Positions 50,005-62,153 of a stretch of 64,000 nt of DNA are shown here, piece after piece. This DNA comes from Leptogorgia sarmentosa (lineage: Eukaryota). Position numbers and translations under genes: made by a program. The stretch spans positions 23,808,001 through 23,872,000 of the forward strand of contig OZ210885.1 of NCBI GenBank assembly GCA_964658305.1. The letters are read 5' to 3'. Numbering within the stretch: the first letter of the stretch is position 1; each line of letters opens with the position of its first letter. The notes beneath the pieces are model-generated. The model had not been told where the DNA came from, ran no database searches, and worked only from the letters and a program-made list of their open reading frames with translations.

Positions 50005-50133
50005 GTTATTTACCGGCTGGGAGGTCCATACTGGAAAATATTTTGTCGAGGTCTCAAAAACAGCCCGAGGCACGTTTTTGAGACCGAGACAAAATATTTT
50101 CCAGTACGGACCGACCTAAATGGTAAATAACTT
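50005..50133. repeat. Imperfect hairpin (~130 bp)
   Basis: GTTATTTACC..TACTGGAAAATATTTTGTC..GGTCTCAAAAAC mirrored by GTTTTTGAGACC..GACAAAATATTTTCCAGTA..GGTAAATAAC. Confidence 0.8.
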
Positions 50134-51164
50134 ATTTATTTTTTCCCCCTCGATGTTATGATAAAATTCGTCAAAAATTCCAGTGTTGCGAATATATTTT
50201 GAGATCAGTTTGTTTGTTTACTTTGCTACTCTATCGCAAGTATGGCTGCTAAACAGCCAAGACGAAGTGAGAAAAAACCCTTCAATATTGACGCTTTTCC
50301 ACTCAACATTACTACGAAAAAGGTAAACTTATTAAAATTATTTATTTTTCCGGACCGGAAAAAAATAAAAACTTTTATGTTACCAATATCACAAAACACA
50401 GACCTTAACAGCAGGCTGCTTTTTATGAATTATGTTTGCATGTTGCAAAATTATAAATGTTGTAAAAGGTTAAATATCTTCTTAGATGTTTTTAGTTGTA
50501 AATAAATATCTATTTCATGATATTTTTATTAAACAAATACTACATCTTGATTGATAGAACTTCTGATTACTTGATAGCCTACCTAACTTAAAGCTGTTAC
50601 AAAATGTCTGCAAACCATTTAACTCCACTATGTACTCTGTGCTGTTGGAGGTAACAGCAGGCCAACTTAAACAATGTCAACAATCAAGGTACTGTGTGTA
50701 AGAAAATAGTTTGCTTTTAATATTGCCTTCATCCTTCTCTTGATGATGTTGTTCCACTGCAGTAATTCCCTCGATAAAATTGGATAAAGCGGAGCAACAT
50801 AAAACATACAAGCATTTCCCCCATCCCACAAATATTTCTTTGCAACTTCTCTAGATCGAAGGAGGATTTCAGAGCATATTTCACCAGCGATATCTTTGTT
50901 TTTTGCACGTTTTATGTACTCGTTTGTCAGTTCATGTAATTGAACAATAAGTGATGCCATATTGAATTTATGCTGTTTTCCACCCACAGTCGCAGGTAAC
51001 TGGCTAAAACTTTAAAAAACAGGTTAAAATTAAGTGGCCGATTCCCCGGGAGTTTCAGCCCGGCGTGGATTGCTCTCAAAGTTTGTGCCCTGATCTGAAT
51101 GGACGGTGGGTGGGCCAAAACACGAGAAAACATTGCTAACAAGTGTTCGTGTCACAGTAGACGC

Positions 51165-54100
51165 TTTCTAAAGCGAAAATGATGAAAGAACGGACCAGTT
51201 TGCAACACGACTTCGCAAGCTCGCATCCCACTGTGAATTCCATGTTGTAGACCATCTGCAGTAACTAAATTGCTGATCTAAACATCTCAGGCGGTATGCG
51301 TTACGACAGGATAACCTTACTCTTAAAGATTTATTATCGAAAGCTAGAGCATTAGAAAACAGCGAACAACAACCACAAGGTATTGAGGAACGTTTAGCAT
51401 CGACAAAGATTCGAGACAACGAATTGAAGTGAATGTAGTAAATCGTAGGCCTAGTGGCAACAATGTCGTAATTGTGGATTATGGACAAACGTGTTGGTAA
51501 TGCAATAAACAAAATCATTGCATTCGAGTTTGTCGTAGTCAACTCAACCAAAGTCAAAATAAACAATGTACATGTTCGAATGATCATAGACACAGGAGCA
51601 TCGACTAATATTATTGATGAGAATACTTTTAAATTCATCAACATGCGCAACCCTACATTATTGAAACGAACACGCACCAAACTTTTTGTATATGGTTCCA
51701 AATGACTGCTGCTACCATTCATGTTGTAAAAGGCAGGTATGGCCCGTTGTTAAGTTATCAAACTGCGGTAGAACTAAATCTAATTCAAGTTAATACTAAC
51801 AATGTCACAGCAAAGGACAAAAGTAAACAATCTACCTCCTCCCTCAAAGACAAAACGAAACAATCTCAGTCCTCCCTTAAAGACAAAATCCACAAAACAT
51901 TTCCAAATTTGTTTAAGGGAATTGGACAGCTAAAAAATTTTGGGGCACTTTGCACATAGACCCTGCTGTAGTCCCTGTAGCACAACCAGCACACCGAATT
52001 CCATTTCATTTGCGACAGAAAGTTGCAGCCACCCTTAAGCAATTAGAAAAGATGATATAATCAAGAAAGTTCAGGGGTGTACACCATGGATATCATACCC
52101 TTAGTCGTTATTCCGAAAAATGATGGAACTGTTCGCCTTTGTGTGGATATGCGGAAGGCCAACCAAGCTATCCAACGAGAACAACACCCGAGTCCCACAG
52201 TTGACGATCTTATACATGCCATGAATGGTGCTCAAGTTTTCTCGAAACTTGATCTGCGTTCTGGTTATCATCAGTTGCTGTTAGCAGAAGAAAGCAGGTA
52301 TATTACAATGTTTGCCACCCATAAAGGTTTGCTACAAAAGGCTCAATTTTGGAACTAATTCAGATAATGAACTGTTCCAGAAAGTCATTTATGATCAAAT
52401 TCAAAACATACCGGGAGCTATAAATATTAGTGATGATGTCATAGTATATGGTAAATCTCAATGTGAACATACATTGCTCTTCATGCTGTTTGGCAACGTT
52501 TTTCCCATGTGGGTCTCACTTTAAATGCAGAAAAGTGTCAATTCAGCCAAAACAGATTGACATTCTTTGGGATGGTGTTCTCAGCAGAAGGGATTTCCCC
52601 AGATCCTAATAAAGTTTCGGCAATATGGAATGTGGCACCACCAAGCTCTATCAAAGGTGTACGTAGTTTCTTAGGAATTGCCACCTATTGCGCAAAATTT
52701 ATCCCACAGAAATGCACAATTTCGTTGGACAGAGTGTGAACAACATTCGTTTGATAACATTAAAAATGCACTAACAAGTGAGACTGTAATGGCGTACTTT
52801 GACCAAACCAAACAAACCGAATTAGTCACTGATGCATCACCTTGGGGATTATCAGCAATACTAGCTCAAAAATCATCAAAACATGATGATCGACGGATTG
52901 TGGCGTATGTGAGTCAGTCCTTATCCGAGGTAGAACAAAAATATTCACAGACTGAACGCGAAGCACTGGCTATTGTGTGAGCATGGAACGTCTGCAAATC
53001 TATTTTGGTGTCGGTAAGTTTACACTACATACTGACTGCATTCTTGGAAATCCAAAGTCTAAACCACCCGCACACATAGAACGCTGGAACTTAAGAATTT
53101 TGACATAGTGTACACGAAAAGGTAATGACAATCCCTCAGATTTCTTATCCCGCCACCCCTACTCAGAAACAGACAACACACATGAAATGCCTGCCGAGCA
53201 ATAGGTAAATTTTGAGTGATAAAACATTACAGACTTATTCAAATTATCCACACACAAGCATGAAACTCAATGACACTGCAACAACTGGAGAAGACATTGG
53301 TGGATTTGAAACTATGGGCAAAAACCAAACAATTAATTTGGGAAAAATATGGTTTCCCATAATTGATAAGGCTGTAGAAACACTGATTCGTGGTTGTATA
53401 CCCTGTCAGGCAAATAGCACATCCAGTCATCCTGTCCCCTAAAGGATGAATGAACTACCACCCAAAGCATGGCACACAGTTCATGTAGATTTTTGTGGGC
53501 CATTTCCGACAGGGGAATATACCTTGGTAGTCATAGATGCTTACTCCCGTTTCCCAGAGGTGGAAATTGTTCGGTGTACCTCAGCCACATCTACCATACC
53601 TAAGTTAGAAAGAATTTTTGCAACCCATGGGCTGCCAAATATATTAAAGTGATAATGTTCCCCCTTTCAAAGTAATGAATTTAAGCAATTTATGAAAGAA
53701 AATGGAATAAAACATCAATGTATCACCCCATTATGCCCTCAAGCAAACTCGGAGGCGGAGAACTTCATGAAACCAATGGAGAAAGCCATTTGTGCCGCCC
53801 ACGTTGATTAAAATTATCGTGCCACGCCCCACACAACAACAAAGTTCGCACCGGCTGAACTTCTATTTAATTGAGAAATTAACACGAAGGTACCAAGCAA
53901 AATTAACACCTAAAAGACCAATATTGATGATCAAGTTCGAGAAAATTATAAGGCTAAAAGAAACATGAAAATAAATGCAGATAGGTTGGCTAATGCCAAA
54001 GAACATACTATTAACGTTGGTGATACAGTATTGGTACATCAAAGGAAAAAGAACAAATGGTCAACATCGACCATCAACGTTTGATCCCAAACCATATTGT

Positions 54101-54250
54101 GTAACACGAGTAAAAGGAACAATAGTAACTGCTACACGTCCTGTACATTATATTACAAGGAACAGTTCGGTTTATGAGAAAATACCACAACAAGAACTTC
54201 AGCAACAGTCGGAGACAGAGAATGACGGAAATTATAGCAAAGTAATCACC
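51165..54250 (+). mobile_element. Heavily decayed Ty3/Gypsy internal region
   Basis: Gag remnant, protease MIIDTGAS, RT (VRLCVDMR, FSKLDLRSGYHQ, ISDD), RNase H (VTDASPWGLSA, YSQTEREALA), integrase (VDFCGP, VIDAYSRFPEV); many indels; no LTRs found. Confidence 0.93.
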
Positions 54251-55750
54251 AAGAACTCCTCTGGAGACAAATATTCATCAAACAACTCCATCATGTTCTC
54301 CTCCTTTCAACTTTAGTAATACATGTATAGAAAATAACAGGCAAAACAGGTGGGAAATTTGTCGGCGCTGACCAAAAAATCGCGGGCACATTGTGTTTAC
54401 ATTCCAAAACATGGCAGAAAGTTAGCAAACGACTGTTTTAGCTGACAAATTTTTGCTTTTTATTCAAATGATGTCTAACTTAGTGCTTAATCTTTTAAAA
54501 CCGATCATGAATTCCTTGTTTTGCGGTGGGTTTTTTTGCAATCGAGTGCGTGGAAGAAGTAAATATGGCGACGTTAAAATAGGAGCAAATGAGTGGCAAA
54601 TACCGTAAATGTGGAGATGTGGCTTGTTTGAAACCGTAATCAACGAGGAAAACGTGATATGAGAATGAAATGAAAGTTGAAATTATTCTTTTTTTTCTCA
54701 AATTTCCCATAATTTGTTTGTTAGTGTAACTTGTGCGATTTATACTCGAAGTACTAGCTCGCGAAATTTGACGAATTTTGAAAATTTGTGAAAATAGCTT
54801 GACTTTGAACTGTATTTTTGTAAAAATCGCTGGTGGCCTCAATTTAAAATATAGCTAAATGAAAAGAAACACTTCTTTGGCATTTAGTGGTACCAAACCT
54901 ATCAACAGGAAAATAGGGCTTCATGATGCTTTAGTTAAGTGTTTGAGACCCACTTGCTTCACACATGTTGTGGTGAAATTCTAACCAAGAATCAAAGACC
55001 CAAAAGTTAATTTACATCATCAAATCTGCTTCGAGAAAGGTCTAGTTTAAAAATATAGCTTTTAATTTAGATTTCGTGAGCATAATTTGGTTAGAAATGA
55101 AATATTTTTGTATTTGATGAGATAGACAAAATTTTGTGTTTATTCAAGTCAGGCTTCAGTGTAATTATAATGATAACCGGCAATGAAATGAAGATATTTC
55201 AAAAACTGGCGGTGGCCTCACGATCAAACATTCCAAAAATACTCTCCACTTCATGTATTTTCTTGTGATACCTTACTGGTAAGCGTCAAAATAGGGCCTT
55301 GAACAGGCCCGGGGTTTGTATTTTAGCCTTCGGTAGAAGTGAAATCTCACGCCTCATCACAAGTTATTTTGCTCCGCCGTGATTTGTGCTCTGTCGCTGA
55401 TATTTAAACCTTTATGACATAAATATTGTCATCCTCGTTACGATACGAACATTTCACAGAAAATTCTAATTATTGCAGATTAACTTGTGACTGTAAACAG
55501 TAGGTAGAAGTATGCCATTCAGAATCGACACAAGATTTGTTTTGATTGTTCGTGAAATGTACATTTCTTCTTCCCGCAAAATACATGCACGTCTCGTGGG
55601 GATTTCCCGCGCATGCTCAGTCAATTTTCCTACCTGTTAACAGGCAACCAATTCCTTTCAACCAGGATGAATACAATCTTGTAGAAAGTACACCAGTACA
55701 ATTCACAAATAATTCTCCACTGGGTGAAGAAGAGTTGCTACTCTATTCTA

Positions 55751-56331
55751 CAGGGTGTATAAAAAAAATGGTAACACAAATGTGGCACGCCATATTTCAC
55801 CAAATCGTTGATGGATTTCATCGAGTTTGATATCACTCGAAAGTTCAGTTCATTAGCTTTTAGATGACACGTTTTATGTGGCATTTAGTTAAGAAACCAG
55901 CGAGCAGTGCTTCGGTGAACGTTTTAAGTGAATATTGCATATTTACACCGAAGGGAGTTGCACACGTTTCTTTTGAAATTTAGTCCCAAGAGGTTTAAAC
56001 CTGCAATTATAATTGCAATTCAAATATTCAAATATTCAAATTAGTGCGAGTTTTCATATTCAGCTAGCGACAAAGGTTAAAAACATGGGTCAATTGACAA
56101 TTGTTGATTAAAAATGCATATCTATTGCCTTGTTTATTCCCATCGGTGGAAATATGCAATTTTCACTTAAAACGTTTACCGATGTACTGCTCGCTGGTTT
56201 CTTGACTAAATGCCGCATGTAAAAGAGGAACAACTGAACTTTCGAATGATGTCAAACTCGATAAAATCCATTAATGATTCGTTGAGGTATGGCGGGCCAC
56301 ATTTGTGTTACCATTTTTTTGATACACCCTG
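55751..56331. mobile_element. Tc1/mariner-type MITE, second copy of the 17473-18081 family
   Basis: TA|CAGGGTGTATAAAAAAAATGG...GATACACCCTG|TA with long imperfect TIRs. Confidence 0.92.
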
Positions 56332-56899
56332 TATGATGACCTTTGTCTTTCCAGTGCCCCCCTTTGTTAAAAGTTATGCACCCAATAAATATGATACCAT
56401 GATTAGACAGCAATCAAAGTGTCAGGAACTGGAACTATTTCAATAGAGTTAGCACAAACAAGGTAAAGGGTGTTGGAAAAACACAAGGTATATGCGGAAG
56501 GTCTATTACAAGGAGAATATAAGGCTTTTCCTAGATGAAAACAAGCATGTTCTCACTCCAGCCTTACAAGGGGAACAACGTGATGACAACAATTAATGCT
56601 TTGGCATGTGGGCCGAAGTCCCACTACACACACCAGTCTGAAGAACAAAGCTGTCAGTAGCACGAAATTCAGTGAAGGAGATGAAATATTGGAGACAAAA
56701 ATGTCAGTGATTAGATGAATACAGAGATAAAATGGAAACAGTGGGGACAAAAACTGCAGGCTATTTTCAAAAAGATGTATAAAGGTATTTATGAAAGGAA
56801 ACACGTTCTACAAACCCCAGTATGCAAATGGCAGGCCAAGAAACATATAGAAAAAATGACACAGCTGGCATTGCACCAATAAATAGAAGATACTACTGC

Positions 56900-58420
56900 T
56901 CATGGGAAACATCTGACAAGAACTACAGTAAAATAAAATTGCTGCACAATCAAGGGAACACACAGGCTATGCAAGATCAAGCAACAGCATTACATACCCC
57001 TTCAAAACATATGAGATGGCATCCGCTGGTAATTCAATGGTGTTTAAAAATGTAGTGTAAGCTACATTCTGTGTATAAAGGATTGCGTTCATCTGGAGCC
57101 TTAAAACTACCAAGTAGCAGAACCCTTCCAGATAAAAACTTCAATTCCCCCCAGTCAGGACATAGGTAGCCCAACGCACGCATGACGTAACATTCAGTAG
57201 TATAATATGACAAGGTTGGCAAGTAAACAATAATATGACTCGCTACCACTTAAAACAAGTCGAAAAAATCAACCTCTTGAGAACAAACTTCGCTAAAAAA
57301 TAGCAGCCCCTGCTTCTTGGATAGTATTACTAAATATATACAACGTTTTTTGGCAACAACAACAAAACGTGTGAAAAAGTCGAAAAAATACGAAAAGTTT
57401 CTCTTAATTTGCTGTGTCTCGATGCTGGATGCCTGTTGCCGTGCAAAAATTGCCGTTTGAAATGACAAATACGCGATCCTATTGGTTATAAATAAACCGA
57501 CAAAACAACCCACCAATAGGATAGCGTATTCGTTATTTCAAACGGCAATTTTTGCACGGCAACAGGCATCCAGCATCGAGACACGGCAAATTAAGAGAAA
57601 CATTTCGTATTTTTTCGACTTTTTCACACGTTTTGTTGCCAAAAAACGTTGTATATATTTAGTAATACTATCCAAGAAGCAGGGGCTGCTATTTTTTAGC
57701 GAAATTTGTTCGCAAGAGGTTGATTTTTCCGACTTGTTTTAAGCGGTAGCGAGTCATATTATTGTTTACTTGCCAACCTTGTCATATTATACTACTGAAT
57801 ATTACGTCATGCGTGCATTGGGCTACCTATGGTCAGGATGGCAATCCAAAACAATCAAACACATGGGAAACAAATTCAACAACATGAGAGCACCAAAGCA
57901 TGGGAAATTAGGAAGACTATTTTTTGACGAAGTGAAGATAAAAGAAGGGCTGGTATTTGATAGCAGTACCCGGGAACTGATTGGTTTTACTGATGCATTT
58001 ACAGAAGAAAAGGACCAAAAGCTGGCACCAACAGACAACCTGGCAACACATGTCCTACATTTTTGCTACTGAAGTATATTTTTTAAATTTGACTTTCCAT
58101 GTGCTAATTTCTTAACAAAAGGAGCGACAGCTGTTCAAATCAATCGTATGTTTTTTGAAATCATGCTTGTATGCTGTGATGGAGCTTCAACAAATAGCAC
58201 ATTCTACACAATGAACACAAATAATCAATTCCAGTCAGAATGCTTCAATCCATTCACAAATCAACCCATTTTCTTTATGTCTGACCCACCTCAATTGATG
58301 AAAAAAATGAGAAAAAACTTATTTAACAGCGGTTTCAAGAAGCACAGGAGGTTTACAAGGAAAATGACAAATAATGGCAATTACATTTTGTGGGATCATG
58401 CCAGTGATGTTTACAATCAG
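56900..58420 (+). pseudogene. P-element/THAP9-like transposase, decayed and split by a foldback element
   Basis: MRWHPLVIQWCL, LKLPSSRTL, FFDEVKIKEGLVFD, LIGFTD, LATHVL, VCCDGASTN, FMSDPPQLMKKMR, YILWDH. Upstream coding sequence (~55600-56900) is probable but not resolved. Confidence 0.88.
57161..57831. mobile_element. 671-bp foldback non-autonomous element (P/Galileo-like)
   Basis: CATAGG...CCTATG ends; arms 57161-57486 and 57512-57831 are near-perfect inverted copies around a 25-nt loop; 7-bp TSD GTCAGGA at 57154-57160 and 57832-57838. Confidence 0.95.
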
Positions 58421-59089
58421 AAAGGTTATGCCTTCGGAGTTGACATATCAACCTCAATTTTCTACCTCAGTTAATATTTATAAAATTCCCCGGGAATTGA
58501 ACTTTGGTAACTTAGCATGTGAACAACTGATGCAACCCACAACTACAACGATCAGAAACTCTATTGCCGGTTTTTTCCAGGGTTTTTACCTCACACACAT
58601 GAGAACAATGGTTCCCCTTTTCCCAAAGGGAATTTTTACTGCAGTTCATGCACAAGACCACAAGCACTGCGTTAACAACGCTGGTCAAACTTCCAAAAAA
58701 TATAGTCAAACTAATTTGAAGATTCGAAGTGACTGTACGTACGAAAAACCCTGGAATACAAAAAATTTTATTGTCCAACTAGTACTCAACATTAACGAGC
58801 TGACTGACCTTAGACGGGGGTTCGCCTGTCCCCCTGTTATCTAGAGGCCCACTTGTTCCTCTAGCAAAACCTATAGTTTTTGCATGCTCTGTCAGGTCTT
58901 GAGTACCCTTACTGTCTCAGTATACCAATGGTGGTCCCCAGACCATCAGGACTCAACTTGCTGTACAACATGCACAGAGCTGCGTCACTCCCTCTGCAAT
59001 CTAGAGGTCCACCTGTTCCTCTAGAAAAACGTAGGTTAGTTAGAACCTCTAGACGTTTTGAACACTTCCCTGCCCAGATTATGTGCCAC

Positions 59090-59700
59090 CTGTCAAACGT
59101 GGCAAAGAATTTATGTGTTGACTGATTCCATCCTTAACTTCTTGTTGAACCATGTTGTTCTTGCTCCTGCCCCACTTCAAATTGTCAGGTGTTTCACACA
59201 TACTTTGTTTATTTTTGTGGTAATATTGCACATGTTTGTGGTTCATATCTAACGTTGAAAGATAAAAGACTTTGCAGACACGAACATTTTGACTGTTGAG
59301 AGGAAGACTATAGCTAATGCTCTTGCTTCTACGGCTAGCAGTTCCGGGGGCTGTTGGTCTGTTTTGCCATAGAAATGCAATTTTTCATTGTCACTCATCC
59401 CCCAGAATTCTTTAAAAATAGCTGCTCTATCTTCCTCATTGAAATTAATACAGCATCAAAACTTGCATTTACTACAATCTTTCCTTGTTTTCACTGTCTG
59501 GCTTCATGCTTCTTTCCTTGGCTATCAACATACTCCTCTCCAGACTGCCTGAGTTTCTTGTGGACATTACACTTACTGGGGTCACATTTACACTTTTTTG
59601 TGAGGATATTTCCAGTGCGTGGATGGAGGTGGACTGGTCTCGTCTGTTCCACAGCAACGGTAGGTGGAACGTTGTCATCTGATAAGCATTCTTCTCCTTA
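59090..59700 (-). pseudogene. Sola1-like transposase N-terminal fragment
   Basis: Across frameshifts: KKLRQSGEEY, CSKCKF..C, EEDRAAIFKEFW, RRSKSISYSL, VRVCKVFYLSTLD, KDGISQHINSLPR. Confidence 0.65.
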
Positions 59701-59759
59701 AAATAATTACAATTTAAACATTATCTTGTATAGTGACTTGTTACCAAAACATGAGCCAG

Positions 59760-61635
59760 GTGTACAAAGTCCAAATGGCTCAGCCATTCAAGGGATTGGT
59801 GGTGGTGGTTTCATTAGATGGCACTTGGGAAAAAGAGACTTGTTCAAGGTATTCCATTAATATATTGGTTATTTTTCGCTTGGATGGGTATAGCTATTAA
59901 GGTAAAGAACCAATCCGATATAGATTGCTTTTCGGGCATATTTGCAATTTGATTAATTTGTAGTGCCTTGTTTTGTAAGTCCCTATTAGTATCGTGAGAC
60001 GGCACACTTTCAAGGTCCGTATTAGTTACAGGAGCAGGGATGAAAGGTTGTAAACTGACGTTTTGAGGTTTGCATTGATTTAATTCATTGTTGTTATGAT
60101 GACCATTGTTTCGGTGACCATTTCTGTTGTTTTTGTTCAAAAGAGTGTTTTTATTAATCTTACTATTGTTATTGTTCATCGGAGCAGCAAATTTAGATGC
60201 ATTTTTATTCTCCAGGGAAACAATGGTCAGATTGAACTTTTCAGTTTCAAGGGATCGTTCTTTCACAAATAAACTCAACTCAGATTCAAGCTTTTCAGAT
60301 CGCTTTCTCAATCGAAACTTCACTCTGAAGATGATCAATTTCTTTATCTTTATGAGAATATTCGGTATTACCATTTGCAATCGGATCGATTCTGTTAGAT
60401 AGGGTAGTAATATCTAATTTAACTCCCTCAACATCAGCAGCTAGAAACCCACATGAACAGCGACAGTTCGACAAATAGTTGGAATTGTCACCTATAATGT
60501 CTAGACAAACCTGTGTTGCGGCATCAACTTTTGGTTGGCAGGTCTTGATATAGGTGTAGGCTCCAAAATATTTATATGGGTGGATTCCAAAATATGTTAA
60601 GCATGGTTAACTTCATTGGGGGAGGCAGTTTTGGAGATGGGATCTAAAGGAATGCTGGTGGCACTGCTACTAGGAAAGTTAACCTCATTAATGACAACAT
60701 CATCAATGCTTTCTTTGAAGCATATGGTATTATTCGATAGATCCTCAGAGAGTACTTTAACTTCTAATTCAGCCAACTGTGACTTCAAATTCAGATTTTC
60801 ATCAGATAATTTGCATATATCCTGTTTACTTTTATTTACAATTTGGGTCTGTTCTGAAAGATTATTTATCAAAACTACAATATAGGACTCAATCTTATCC
60901 TTGAACATGCAAAATTGTTTCACTGTAATGCCTAACTTAGTCTCATCTTGCGTCCAAACTGGGGTAGAGCTGTCAATAGATTGGGCAGAAGAAATATTAG
61001 TATTATTATTTTGCATCAGAATATTCGCATTTTGAAAAGATTGGTCAATAACATCCTCAAGCTCATCAAGGGTTGAACAATCTGCCGTTAATATCTCATC
61101 TATAGCTTGATCACTATAACCACCAGTAGATACTTTACTAGCCTCAAGCATGGTCAGATCTTGTACTATTTGACTAACACTAACCAATTGTTGTTTGGGT
61201 TTGACTGATGTTCCAGCCAACACATGAAATAAACAGCTCTCGTCAGTATCAGTTCGCTTAACACATTTTGAGATCAAAACACTCAACAACCATGTCTTAA
61301 AAGATTCGCCATCCCTTCCGTTAAATGTAAGCAAATTTAGTCTGCCAGGATACCAGGTCATAAAAAAAATTTGAATTTGAGTTGGTGAACTGTTTAGATT
61401 TACTTCCGCTTGATCTCCATGTACCAGAAGCCCGGTCACATTTTCAACAAAATTCTGCAACGAACGAAAGTCTCAAGACCATATAACTTGTTTCCCATCA
61501 TAAACTAAGTCAGCTTGATCCTTTAACAAATTGATGGAATTGATATCAATGCTTTCGAACGATAATTTTTTATATTTTGGTGAAATCAAAAAAATAATAC
61601 TTCGTTCCAAACTTTACAATATTCACTGCCGCCAT
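59760..61635 (-). pseudogene. LINE ORF1-like coiled-coil protein, disrupted
   Basis: ATGGCG start at 61635; TWYPGRLNLLTFNGRDG; coiled coil (DENLNLKSQLAELE); CRCSCGFLAADVEGVKLDI; Asn-rich linker. This resembles ORF1 of invertebrate CR1/L2-group LINEs; ORF2 is absent. Confidence 0.6.
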
Positions 61636-62153
61636 GATTCACGATCTAAGATTCACAGCTCTGAAAACGTATTTAATTTTTGTTATCATGGTCGAACAAT
61701 AAAATGGGAAATTTACTGTTTAAGTGTACTAATCCAGGAGGTATGATTGATTATTTAATTGTAAATGTCGTCCTGTCGATATATTTGCATCGAAGGTAAT
61801 TGTAATTGCAACCATATCCTGCTACATTTTACATTTATAGTGAGAAGATTGTCCGCAGCAAAAGTTTTATTCTTGAAACTATTTCTAGTGACTTGAACCA
61901 ATGAACTCTTCAGTGGTGAATAATACAAACATTTTATGTGTAAATGTGCTTGTAACTTCCAATACACATACGATGTTCAATTTCATGTTTTGTAATGTTT
62001 ACATAAAATGTAACAGACCGACTGTGCGATATTGTTTATATTGCAATTGCATTACATTATAGCATTTCACTTCCGCTTCTTTCTACCGGAAATAACAACG
62101 CAAACTCAAGTTTCGTTCAAAACTCAATTTCTTATGTCTATCTAGCTGCTTTG

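Noticed and set aside
54300..55470. Possible DNA-transposon terminal region with repeated GGTGGCCTCA
   Set aside because: No TIR pair, TSD or ORF could be defined; too weak to call.
57250..57742. Two near-identical ORFs on opposite strands
   Set aside because: Artefact of the foldback palindrome; no evidence of coding function.
58930..58965. Hammerhead ribozyme or Penelope LTR
   Set aside because: The minus strand has CTGATGG rather than CTGATGA, and I could not build the GAAA core with its stems.
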